In this document: one piece after another, positions 8,521-16,783 of the stretch
Layout of the letters: the number at the start of each line of letters is the position of its first letter
Position numbering within the stretch: position 1 is the first letter of the stretch
Assembly (NCBI GenBank): GCA_964398075.1
Contig: CAYNMA010000002.1
Span: forward strand, 222-64,221
DNA from: an uncultured Bacteroides sp.
Lineage (GTDB): Bacteria; Bacteroidota; Bacteroidia; Bacteroidales; Paludibacteraceae
Length of the DNA stretch: 64,000 bases
Direction: 5' to 3'
Made by a program: the position numbers and the translations under genes
Notes under the pieces: model-generated
Seen by the model: the letters and a program-made list of their open reading frames with translations, nothing else
What the model was told of the DNA's origin: nothing
Databases searched by the model: none

Positions 8521-8582
8521 CCACAGATAAATTACTCAATGCACTGAGTAAAATTACTCAATGCATTGAGTAATTTCTGTGG
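8521..8582. repeat. 62-bp nested palindrome with four alternating TTACTCA / TGAGTAA half-sites inside CCACAGA...TCTGTGG
   Basis: ccacagataaattactcaatgcactgagtaaaattactcaatgcattgagtaatttctgtgg read directly. It includes the perfect 20-bp palindrome TTACTCAATGCATTGAGTAA. Confidence 0.9.
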
Positions 8583-8678
8583 ATGCGCTGTATGTATCAC
8601 AATATCAGTGGAATGCAATGGTATGTTTTATTGTTCTTATGCGGCTGAGTCCTTTTTGTGAGTATTCATAATTTGTAT

Positions 8679-8686
8679 TACCTTTG
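8679..8686 (+). promoter_or_regulatory. -7 box TAccTTTG with a TTTG -33 element 20 nt upstream (8655-8658)
   Basis: tacctttg lies 24 nt before the ATG at 8710. The -33/-7 spacing fits the Bacteroides primary-sigma promoter. Confidence 0.6.
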
Positions 8687-8709
8687 TCGAGACTAAATTA
8701 TTATCTTGC

Positions 8710-9789
8710 ATGCGACGGGTGATTGTATTTATAAGTGTTCTTTTGGCGGTGGGTGTTGCTATGGCACAGAAGCCGCAGTTCCTTTATAATGTGGACTTTG
8801 CGACTTACTTCGATAACCGTGAGTATAAGGACCCTCATCAACGCGCACAGACTATCTTTGCGTTGCGCTTATCGCCTGAGATAGGTGTGGGTTTTACGGA
8901 CAAAGAGGGTGGTACGCATAAGGTATTGGCAGGAGTGCACTATACTCAGCCTATGGGTAGCAACTGGAAAGACTTGCATGTAGACCCGATTGCTTTTTAC
9001 CAATATGAGTATAAAGGTTTCTCTCTGCACTTTGGTGAGATACCTTATAAGCACTTTATCCGTCAGTTGCCTGACTATCTGCGTTATGATTCTATTGCTT
9101 ACGCTTATCCTAATATACAGGGTGCGCTTTTGCAGTATCAGTCGAAGCATGGGTATGTGGAGTTCATGTGTGACTGGAGGGGATTGCAATCGCCAACGAG
9201 GCGTGAGATGTTCCGTCTCACTATAGATGGGGAATACACTTATAGGCATCTCTTTCGCTATTTCGTAGGGGGTATTGCGCAACTCAATCATAAAGCCAAT
9301 TATGCTCAACCGACACCTCGTGAGGGAGTGGCCGATGACGCATATATATCTCCTAATATCGGTATTGACTTTGCAGCGCCCACGCCTTTGGACACAATCC
9401 TATTGCGTGCGCATTACATCTATGGTTATCAACGGTATAGGGAGACGAATACTCTCTATCAGCCTCAAGGATTCATGCTTGAGTTTATGCTTTCGTGGCG
9501 CTTCTTGGGCGTGAAGAATACCTTCTATGTAGGCAATAACCTTATGCCGCTTTATGGGATGTTTGGTGCGGACCTCAATCAAGGTGACCCGTTCTATCAG
9601 TCGCCATTATATAACCGTACGGACTTGTATATCTACCTTGTGCGTAAGGGTTTCGTCAACTGCTATTTCTCGTGGAATATGCATTATACGCCGCAAGGTG
9701 GATTGCAGCATCAGCAACAACTTATCGCTCTATTCAGTTTGGATGGGCTACATAAAAAAGAAAAGTTGAGGGGACTCTTTGATAAGTAA
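8710..9789 (+). CDS. Conserved hypothetical secreted protein, aromatic-rich, possibly an outer-membrane beta-barrel
   Basis: Signal peptide MRRVIVFISVLLAVGVAMAQ and alternating aromatic/hydrophobic segments. No family is recognised with confidence. Confidence 0.7.
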   Translation: MRRVIVFISVLLAVGVAMAQKPQFLYNVDFATYFDNREYKDPHQRAQTIFALRLSPEIGVGFTDKEGGTHKVLAGVHYTQPMGSNWKDLHVDPIAFYQYEYKGFSLHFGEIPYKHFIRQLPDYLRYDSIAYAYPNIQGALLQYQSKHGYVEFMCDWRGLQSPTRREMFRLTIDGEYTYRHLFRYFVGGIAQLNHKANYAQPTPREGVADDAYISPNIGIDFAAPTPLDTILLRAHYIYGYQRYRETNTLYQPQGFMLEFMLSWRFLGVKNTFYVGNNLMPLYGMFGADLNQGDPFYQSPLYNRTDLYIYLVRKGFVNCYFSWNMHYTPQGGLQHQQQLIALFSLDGLHKKEKLRGLFDK

Positions 9790-9818
9790 CCTCAACTATT
9801 CCTTATAGAGACAATTCC

Positions 9819-11771
9819 CTATTTCTTAATGCGCTGACTCGCTAAGACGAAGTAGACTATCAGTGCCAGATAGGCTACTATACCTACGGTGGCGGCTGCG
9901 GAGGAGGTTGCCCAATCGCTGAGGTAACACTCGGCACCGCAGAACTTTATCACGGCACTCACTACACCCATCAATGCGCCACCTGCAATGAATCCGCTGG
10001 CGATGAGTGTGCCTTTCTCTTGGCGTTTCTGTGCCAACGCTTCTGCTTGTTCGCCGTCCTTTGCACGCTTACGGCTGACAAACCACGAGATAGCACCGCC
10101 TACCAATAGCGGTGTGTTCAGGTTCAACGGGATGAACATTCCTAATGCGAATGCCAATACGGGTACTCCCATGAAGTTAAGCACTAACGCCAATATCGCT
10201 CCTGCGAGGTATAGCATCCATGGTGCTCCTTGTCCGCTCATCAATGGTTCTATCACCGCTGCCATTGCGTTGGCCTGTGGGGCTACCAAGGCGTTCTCTC
10301 CGGTGAAGCCGTAGGTTTTGTTCAGGATAATCATCACGCCGCCTACGGTAGCCGCTGATACCAGTGTGCCGAGGAACTTCCATGTCTCTTGTTTCTTAGG
10401 CGTAGTGCCTATCCAATATCCTATCTTTAGGTCGGTGATAAATCCGCCTGCCATCGATAAGGCAGTACATACCACACCGCCGATGACCATTGCGCCTACC
10501 ATACCGCTTGAGCCTTTCATGCCTATTGCGACGAACACCACTGAAGCGATGATCAGTGTCATCAATGTCATGCCACTCACGGGGTTACTGCCCACAATGG
10601 CAATGGCGTTGGCTGCTACCGTGGTGAATAAGAAGGCGATTACCGCTACTACTACGAATGCTACGAGTGCTTGCCAAACATTGTGCAGTACGCCTACCCA
10701 GAAGAATACGAAGGTGATTAGCAACGCTGCCGCTATGGCTATGACGAGGAAACGCATACTCAAGTCACGCTCGGTGCGGAGGGTTGCGGTTGCGACTGCT
10801 TTGCCCTTGCCACCGAGTTCTTTCCCTGCAAGTCCAACTGCCGACTTGATTACGCCCCAACTCTTGACGATACCTATCAGTCCTGCCATGGCGATAGCAC
10901 CGATACCGATGTTGCGTCCGTAGTCGGTGAATAGCACTTGCGGGTCGGCTGCCTCCATGCCCGGTACGGAACCTAAGAGAGGTAGCAGTACCCACCATAC
11001 GAAGAACGAGCCGGCACATATCACGGCTGCATATTTCAGTCCTATGATATAGCCAAGACCTAATACAGCGGCGCTTGTGTTGATGGAGAAGACAAGTTTG
11101 AACTTCGTTGCCAGTGCCTCACCCCACCCTATCATGCGCGTGCTCAGACTCTCGGTCCATAGACCAAAGGTCGATACGACAAAGTCGTACAATCCGCCGA
11201 TGCCCGCAGCCCATATCAAGGGTTTGGCTTGACTGCCGCCTTGCTCACCGGAGACCAGTACTTGCGTTGTGGCTGTTGCTTCGGGGAAGGGATATTCGCC
11301 ATGCTTCTCTTGTACGAAGTACTTACGGAAAGGAATGAGGAAGAGTATGCCGAGGCATCCACCAAGGAGCGAAGAGAGGAATATCTGCATGAAGTTGACC
11401 GTGATGTCGGGATACTTCGCCTGAAGGATATACAAGGCTGGGAGTGTGAAGATGGCTCCTGCTACTATCACGCCGCTTGAGGCACCGATGGACTGGATAA
11501 TCACATTCTCGCCGATGGCGTTCTTACGGTGCAGGGCAGAGGATAGGCCTACGGCAATGATGGCGATAGGGATGGCTGCTTCGAAGACTTGTCCTACTTT
11601 CAGTCCCAGATAGGCCGCTGCAGCGGAGAATATCACCGCCATCAAGACACCCATCAGTACGCTGTAGGGCGTGACTTCTAAGGGGTTGTCTTTTGCGGGT
11701 AATATGGGTTCATACTTCTCCCCATCTTTCAAGGGGCGATTTGCGTTTTCGGGTAATTGTACTTTTGCCAT
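9819..11771 (-). CDS. OPT family oligopeptide transporter
   Basis: 650-aa polytopic protein. The N-terminus (EKYEPILPA...EVTPYSVLMGVLMAVIFSAAAAYLGLKVGQ) is typical of bacterial OPT proteins. Confidence 0.88.
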   Translation of the reverse strand: MAKVQLPENANRPLKDGEKYEPILPAKDNPLEVTPYSVLMGVLMAVIFSAAAAYLGLKVGQVFEAAIPIAIIAVGLSSALHRKNAIGENVIIQSIGASSGVIVAGAIFTLPALYILQAKYPDITVNFMQIFLSSLLGGCLGILFLIPFRKYFVQEKHGEYPFPEATATTQVLVSGEQGGSQAKPLIWAAGIGGLYDFVVSTFGLWTESLSTRMIGWGEALATKFKLVFSINTSAAVLGLGYIIGLKYAAVICAGSFFVWWVLLPLLGSVPGMEAADPQVLFTDYGRNIGIGAIAMAGLIGIVKSWGVIKSAVGLAGKELGGKGKAVATATLRTERDLSMRFLVIAIAAALLITFVFFWVGVLHNVWQALVAFVVVAVIAFLFTTVAANAIAIVGSNPVSGMTLMTLIIASVVFVAIGMKGSSGMVGAMVIGGVVCTALSMAGGFITDLKIGYWIGTTPKKQETWKFLGTLVSAATVGGVMIILNKTYGFTGENALVAPQANAMAAVIEPLMSGQGAPWMLYLAGAILALVLNFMGVPVLAFALGMFIPLNLNTPLLVGGAISWFVSRKRAKDGEQAEALAQKRQEKGTLIASGFIAGGALMGVVSAVIKFCGAECYLSDWATSSAAATVGIVAYLALIVYFVLASQRIKK

Positions 11772-11801
11772 AGTTCTTGAACTTAACGGTCAATAATGGG
11801 A

Positions 11802-11809
11802 CAAAGGTA
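11802..11809 (-). promoter_or_regulatory. -7 box TAccTTTG upstream of the OPT gene
   Basis: The reverse complement of caaaggta, 31 nt from the ATG. It shares the 17-mer caaaggtacggagtatt with the feoAB box at 3633. Confidence 0.55.
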
Positions 11810-11955
11810 CGGAGTATTTTTTAATTGTGCAAAGGGCGGATTTTAGTGGGAAAAGTCGGGAAAATGGGGTTTGTGCGTTTTTGGGTCGTTAAAAGTGGGC
11901 TGAAGGCAGTCTGGAAGCGGCTTGAGAGTAGGGTACAACCTCGGTAAAGTAAGCT

Positions 11956-11999
11956 GTATCAACCGTGTATCAACCGTGTTTGTACCGTGTTTGTCTCGT
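11956..11999. repeat. Four tandem 11-mers (GTATCAACCGT x2, GTTTGTACCGT, GTTTGTCTCGT)
   Basis: Read directly. The period is 11 nt. Confidence 0.9.
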
Positions 12000-12019
12000 C
12001 ATAAGCCGCAGACGATCTC

Positions 12020-12140
12020 GGGGCAGGGTCGGGGCAATTTCGGGATGGTCTTGGGATAGGTTTGGTGGGTTTTCTTGGTACTCTCGGGATGGTCTTGGGG
12101 AGTTTTCGGAATGTTTTCGGGATGAGTGGGGTTGGGGTTC
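12020..12140 (+). repeat. G/T-rich repeat tract with TCGGGATG x3 (12040, 12084, 12117), including a 16-mer TCGGGATGGTCTTGGG x2 and a canonical G4 motif at 12020-12044
   Basis: GGGGcaGGGtcGGGGcaatttcGGG fits G3+N1-7 x4. The 16-mers were read directly and are 44 nt apart. Confidence 0.85.
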
Positions 12141-12193
12141 TTGCGGATGTGCATGTAAATTGCTTGGTACTTGCATATCTGAGAAAGATGCAC

Positions 12194-12201
12194 TACCTTT
12201 G
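12194..12201 (+). promoter_or_regulatory. -7 box TAccTTTG upstream of the CoA-transferase gene
   Basis: tacctttg lies 44 nt before the ATG at 12245. Confidence 0.55.
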
Positions 12202-12244
12202 CAAGCAATAAGATCGCTTACAAATTATCTAATACAATATAGTT

Positions 12245-13735
12245 ATGTATAAGTATATGTCGGCCGAAGAAGCGGCTGAGTTCATTGAGAATGGTGATGT
12301 CATCGGCATGGGTGGCTTTACGCCCGCCGGCGCACCAAAGGAAGTACCTACAGCGATAGCACATCGCGCTGAGGCTTTTCATGCAGAAGGTAAAGAATTC
12401 AAGGTAGGCGTCTATACGGGCGCAAGTACAGGTGACAGTTGCGACGGCATGTTGGCTCGTGCGCATACGATAGCGTTCCGTACGCCTTATCAGTCGAATA
12501 AGGACCTGCGCGCCGAGATCAACAATCAGGATGCGCATTACTTCGATATGCATCTGTCGCAGTTGGCTCAAGAGTTGCGTTACGGCTTCCTGCCTAAGCC
12601 TAAGTTCGCTATTGTGGAGGCTTGTCAGGTAACGGATGATGGCGAGATTGTTCCGACGGCTGGTGTGGGCATTATGCCTACTATTTGCCACCTTGCGGAC
12701 CATATCATCGTTGAACTTAACGAGGCTATGCCTGCTTGTATGCGTGGTCTTCACGATATCTACGAGCCGCTTGACCCACCTTTGCGTCGTGAGATACCTA
12801 TTTATAAAGTGAGTGACCGTATCGGATCGGACTGTATCAAGGTTGACCCTAAGAAGATTATCGCTATTGTTAAGACAAATCGACCCAATGAGGTGGGTAA
12901 GTTTGCGGCATTGGATGCCACGACGGCTCAGATTGGTGCGAATGTGGCTCTCTTCTTGGAGAACGAGATAAAGGCAGGTCGTATCCCAAAGACTTTCTTG
13001 CCTATCCAATCGGGTGTGGGTAATATCGCAAACGCTGTCTTAGGTGCATTGGGTGAGAACCCACATATTCCGGCATTTGATATGTATACCGAGGTTATCC
13101 AAGACGCCGTTGTTGGGCTTATGAAGGAAGGGCATGTGCGGTTTGCATCGGGTTGCTCGCTGACTGTGGGCGCAGAGAAACTGCAAGATATCATTGACCA
13201 TATCGATTTCTTCCGCGATAAGATTGTTCTTCGTCCGCAGGAGATTTCGAATAACCCTGAAGTGGCACGCCGCCTGGGACTGATCACTATCAACACTGCT
13301 CTCGAGGCCGATATCTATGGTAACATCAACTCGACGCATGTGTTGGGCACGAAGATGATGAATGGTATCGGCGGAAGTGGTGACTTCACGCGTAATGCTT
13401 ATATCAGTATCTTCACTACGCCGAGTGTTGCTAAGAATGGCGCTATCTCGTCGTTCGTTCCGATGGTGTCTCACCTTGACCACAGCGAGCACTCGGTTAA
13501 GGTCATCATTACGGAGCAGGGTATTGCCGACCTCCGTGGGAAGAGTCCTATCCAGCGTGCGGAGTGCATCATCGAGAACTGCGTCTCGCCGGATTATAAA
13601 CCAATGTTGCGCGAGTATCTCGCTTTGTCGAAGAAGTCGCATACGCCGCATAACTTGGCCATTGCTACTGCTATGCACCGCGAGTTCGCTGCTTCGGGCG
13701 ACATGCATAATACTGATTTCCAAAAATATCTATAA
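12245..13735 (+). CDS. Acetyl-CoA hydrolase/transferase family protein (succinate CoA-transferase-like)
   Basis: 496 aa. The N-terminus (AEEAAEFIENGDVIGMGGFTPAGAPK) and the later GIGGSGDF segment are typical of the Cat1/ScpC family. Confidence 0.88.
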   Translation: MYKYMSAEEAAEFIENGDVIGMGGFTPAGAPKEVPTAIAHRAEAFHAEGKEFKVGVYTGASTGDSCDGMLARAHTIAFRTPYQSNKDLRAEINNQDAHYFDMHLSQLAQELRYGFLPKPKFAIVEACQVTDDGEIVPTAGVGIMPTICHLADHIIVELNEAMPACMRGLHDIYEPLDPPLRREIPIYKVSDRIGSDCIKVDPKKIIAIVKTNRPNEVGKFAALDATTAQIGANVALFLENEIKAGRIPKTFLPIQSGVGNIANAVLGALGENPHIPAFDMYTEVIQDAVVGLMKEGHVRFASGCSLTVGAEKLQDIIDHIDFFRDKIVLRPQEISNNPEVARRLGLITINTALEADIYGNINSTHVLGTKMMNGIGGSGDFTRNAYISIFTTPSVAKNGAISSFVPMVSHLDHSEHSVKVIITEQGIADLRGKSPIQRAECIIENCVSPDYKPMLREYLALSKKSHTPHNLAIATAMHREFAASGDMHNTDFQKYL

Positions 13736-13800
13736 GGCGTCCAAAACGAGTACTGCGTGTGGCTACCCATTCGTCAGTTTGAAAATAGATACAAAAAAAA

Positions 13801-13827
13801 GCAGGCTACCCTTATCGGGTAGCCTGC
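13801..13827. terminator. Bidirectional intrinsic terminator
   Basis: GCAGGCTACCC-ttatc-GGGTAGCCTGC, flanked by an A8 run on the left and TTT on the right, between convergent genes. Confidence 0.8.
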
Positions 13828-13851
13828 TTTCCTAATAATTTCCTCAAGCAA

Positions 13852-14265
13852 TTAGAATGGGAGGTTGTCTTCCGATTCTCCCATTGAGTTATCTGCACTT
13901 TCAAAGTTCTGCACGTTAGCCTTAGGTTGAGGGTCTGCAGCAGGAGCAGCAGCAGGTTGAGCCGTTTGTGCAGCAGTGTTATTCTCTGCCGAACCTGCAC
14001 CTTTCGCAATCTTCCATGCACGAACACTCGTATACCAACGACCATTGAACTCGCGGCTCTCTAAGTCGAACGAGACAGTTACTACCTCGTCTATTTGGCA
14101 AGAGTTATTCTTGATACGGTCCTCACCAAACACCTCGAAGCACACTTTCTTTGGGTATTGCTCTTGGGTCTCGAGTACATAACTCTGCGATTTCCAAGGG
14201 TTACCTGCTTTGCTTGTGCCCTCTTGGAGTGGCAACACGCTAATGATTTTTCCTGTTACTTCCAT
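13852..14265 (-). CDS. DUF3127 domain protein (OB-fold-like)
   Basis: MEVTGKIISVLPLQEGTSKAGNPWKSQSYVLETQEQYPKKVCFEVFG is the characteristic DUF3127 N-terminus. The tail is low-complexity and Ala/Pro/Gln-rich. Confidence 0.8.
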   Translation of the reverse strand: MEVTGKIISVLPLQEGTSKAGNPWKSQSYVLETQEQYPKKVCFEVFGEDRIKNNSCQIDEVVTVSFDLESREFNGRWYTSVRAWKIAKGAGSAENNTAAQTAQPAAAPAADPQPKANVQNFESADNSMGESEDNLPF

Positions 14266-14279
14266 TGTCTTGTCTTTTC

Positions 14280-15527
14280 TTAGCCTTTTATTGCAGCGAT
14301 ACCTGGTAATACCTTACCCTCGATAGCCTCAAGCAGGGCACCGCCTCCGGTTGATATATAACTTACTTTATCTGCCATACCGAACTTATTGATACAAGCC
14401 ACTGAGTCGCCACCACCAATAAGACTATAAGCACCCTTAGCGGTTGCTTTAGCGATAGCCTCAGCGATAGCCTTACTACCTGCGGTGAAGTTATCGAACT
14501 CAAACACGCCTGCAGGTCCGTTCCAAAGGATAGTCTTGGCATCCTCAATAACAGCAGCAAAAGCCTTCTGTGTCTCAGGTCCGGCATCCATACCTTCCCA
14601 ACCATCAGGAATAGCATTAGCGGCTACTATCTGTGTGTGAGCATCGTTCGAGAAGTTGTCGGCTGCTACGCAGTCGCTACCAAGAACCAAGTTAACGCCT
14701 TTGGCTTTGGCTTGAGCGATGATATCGAGGGCAAGATCTAACTTATCGTCCTCGCAGATAGAGTTACCGATCTTACCACCTTGTGCCTTAGCAAAAGTGT
14801 AGGTCATACCACCACAGAGAATGAGGTTATCGACCTTATCCATGAGGTTCTCGATGATACCAATCTTGGTTGATACCTTACTACCACCCATGATAGCGGT
14901 GAAAGGATGCTTGATGTTGCTCAACACATTGTCTACTGCGTTCACCTCTTTCTCCATCAGATAGCCTAACATTTTGTTATCGGCATCGAAATAATCGGCA
15001 ATAACAGCGGTAGAAGCATGTTTACGGTGAGCAGTACCAAAAGCATCATTAACATAGCAGTCGGCATAACTTGCTAAGGTCTTAGCAAACACTTTCTGTT
15101 TCTCTTTCATCTCTTTCTTGGCTGCCTCATAAGCAGGGTCCTCTTTGTCGATACCAACAGGTTTACCTTCCTCTTCAGGATAGAAACGAAGGTTCTCGAG
15201 CAGCAATGCTTCGCCTGGCTTAAGGGCTGCTACCTCTGCTGCGGCTTTTGCACAGTCGGGAGCAAACTTCACATTGACGCCCAATAAGTCGGATACAGGT
15301 TTCACAATCTGACCCAACGACATACTCATATTGACTTTGCCTTTTGGCTTACCCATGTGGCTCATGATGATAAGTGCACCACCATCTGCCAATATCTTCT
15401 TTAATGTAGGAAGGGCACCACGGATACGGGTGTCATCAGTTACTACTCCATTCTCGTTCAATGGGACATTGAAATCGACACGTACAATCGCTTTCTTTCC
15501 CGAAAAATTGTATTGATCAATTGTCAT
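14280..15527 (-). CDS. pgk: Phosphoglycerate kinase
   Basis: [16 protein letters not shown] and IGGGDSVA motifs. 415 aa. Confidence 0.96.
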   Translation of the reverse strand: MTIDQYNFSGKKAIVRVDFNVPLNENGVVTDDTRIRGALPTLKKILADGGALIIMSHMGKPKGKVNMSMSLGQIVKPVSDLLGVNVKFAPDCAKAAAEVAALKPGEALLLENLRFYPEEEGKPVGIDKEDPAYEAAKKEMKEKQKVFAKTLASYADCYVNDAFGTAHRKHASTAVIADYFDADNKMLGYLMEKEVNAVDNVLSNIKHPFTAIMGGSKVSTKIGIIENLMDKVDNLILCGGMTYTFAKAQGGKIGNSICEDDKLDLALDIIAQAKAKGVNLVLGSDCVAADNFSNDAHTQIVAANAIPDGWEGMDAGPETQKAFAAVIEDAKTILWNGPAGVFEFDNFTAGSKAIAEAIAKATAKGAYSLIGGGDSVACINKFGMADKVSYISTGGGALLEAIEGKVLPGIAAIKG

Positions 15528-15585
15528 AATACAGGTTATTTAGTTAATTTATTTATTCGAATATTGTGTCTAACAGAATTCGGTG

Positions 15586-15593
15586 CAAAGTTA
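15586..15593 (-). promoter_or_regulatory. -7 box TAacTTTG upstream of pgk
   Basis: The reverse complement of caaagtta, in the 72-nt nadA-pgk spacer. Confidence 0.5.
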
Positions 15594-15599
15594 CGGAAA

Positions 15600-16550
15600 T
15601 TATTTGCTCATCGCAAACATTTTCTCGATAGGAATTATTGCCTTTTTTACTACTTCGCTATCGACCTCTATCTCGTTGGACTCATCACGCAGGCATTGAA
15701 AGACCTTCTCGAGCGTGTTCATGCGCATGAAGTTACACTCGTTGCAAGCACACGACTTATCGCCTTCAGTCACTTCGGGAGGCACAGGAATGAAGGTCTT
15801 ATCCTTGCATGCCTCGTTCATCTTATGCAGTATGCCGCTCTCAGTTGCTACAAGAAAGACCTTGTCGTCGCTATGGATGGCATAGTTGAGTAAGTACTTC
15901 GTACTGCCTACCACATCTGCCAACTCTACCACCGGTCCTTTGCACTCTGGGTGAACCAACACTTTTGCCTCGGGATATTGTTTCTTGAGGGCGATCAACT
16001 TCTGCAACGAGAACTTCTCATGCACATGGCAACAACCGTCCCAAAGAGCCATATTGCGTCCGGTCACACTATTGATATAATTACCTAAGTTACGATCGGG
16101 ACAGAACAGAATATTCTGTTCCTTCGGCAACTGCTCTACTATCTTGAGGGCGTTCGACGAGGTGACCACAATATCGGTCAATGCCTTTACGGCTGCCGAA
16201 GTGTTCACATAACTCAACACCATATAGCCAGGGTGCTCCGCTTTCCATTGCTTTAGGTCTTCGGCATCGCAACTATCGGCGAGAGAGCAACCTGCGTTCA
16301 TGTCGGGTATCAGCACTTTCTTATCGGGACAGATGATCTTGGCGGTCTCGCCCATGAAATGAACACCACACAACACGATGATATCGGCATCGGTTTCTTT
16401 GGCTTTGCGTGCCAACTCCAGACTGTCTCCAACAAAGTCGGCTATGTCTTGTATCTCGGCTACTTGATAATAATGCGCCATGATGACTGCATTTTTTTCT
16501 TTTCGTAGTCGATTGATCTCTGCTATCAATTGATCTGAACTCATATCCAC
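15600..16550 (-). CDS. nadA: Quinolinate synthase
   Basis: 316 aa. MAHYYQ and CGVHFMGETAKI are present, with conserved Cys residues for the 4Fe-4S cluster. Confidence 0.93.
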   Translation of the reverse strand: MDMSSDQLIAEINRLRKEKNAVIMAHYYQVAEIQDIADFVGDSLELARKAKETDADIIVLCGVHFMGETAKIICPDKKVLIPDMNAGCSLADSCDAEDLKQWKAEHPGYMVLSYVNTSAAVKALTDIVVTSSNALKIVEQLPKEQNILFCPDRNLGNYINSVTGRNMALWDGCCHVHEKFSLQKLIALKKQYPEAKVLVHPECKGPVVELADVVGSTKYLLNYAIHSDDKVFLVATESGILHKMNEACKDKTFIPVPPEVTEGDKSCACNECNFMRMNTLEKVFQCLRDESNEIEVDSEVVKKAIIPIEKMFAMSK

Positions 16551-16609
16551 GAAATAATATATATACTCTTTTTTTATTAAATCTTTTGTTTTTCTTGTAG
16601 CGTATTTTT

Positions 16610-16740
16610 TGTTGAAAACTTCCGCATCTCCTTTTCTCTTAACCGGTTACAAATGTTGAAAACTATCCCTCTTTCTCGTTCCTTGTTCATAATTTTGAGT
16701 TAATAACATGCTTTTTTGAGTTTTCAACATCTTTCAACAT
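16610..16740 (-). promoter_or_regulatory. Nested inverted repeats of TGTTGAAAAC in the corA-nadA spacer (candidate structured leader or operator array)
   Basis: On the + strand: tgttgaaaact 16610-16620, atgttgaaaact 16653-16664, agttttcaacat 16719-16730 and tttcaacat 16732-16740. In the nadA sense these give two 5' copies complementary to two 3' copies. Confidence 0.45.
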
Positions 16741-16783
16741 CGTTATCAACAGGGGAATGTTAATAACTCCGTCTCATATTCTG

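Noticed and set aside
10318-10923. 201-aa plus-strand ORF inside the OPT transporter gene
   Set aside because: It is a shadow ORF of a GC-rich membrane-protein gene, and its low-complexity Pro/Thr/Ala translation has no motifs.
11965-12252. ORFs in the G/T-rich spacer (95 aa on the plus strand; 68 and 69 aa Pro/His/Lys-rich on the minus strand)
   Set aside because: The open frames are a by-product of the repeat composition. The plus-strand ORF would run through the promoter box of the next gene. No family resemblance is apparent. I kept them in mind only as a remote possibility for a repeat-encoded peptide.
12218-13723. Long minus-strand ORFs (12218-13009, 263 aa; 12928-13296; 13040-13723, 227 aa) opposite the CoA-transferase gene
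   Set aside because: They are entirely antisense to a CDS with strong full-length family resemblance. Their translations are Arg/Leu/His-rich with no recognisable motifs. This is typical of spurious shadow ORFs.
16551-16783. Known NAD+ riboswitch upstream of nadA
   Set aside because: I could not recognise the published nadA-motif architecture in this AT-rich spacer, and that class is not known to me from Bacteroidetes. I report only the inverted repeats as an unexplained structure.
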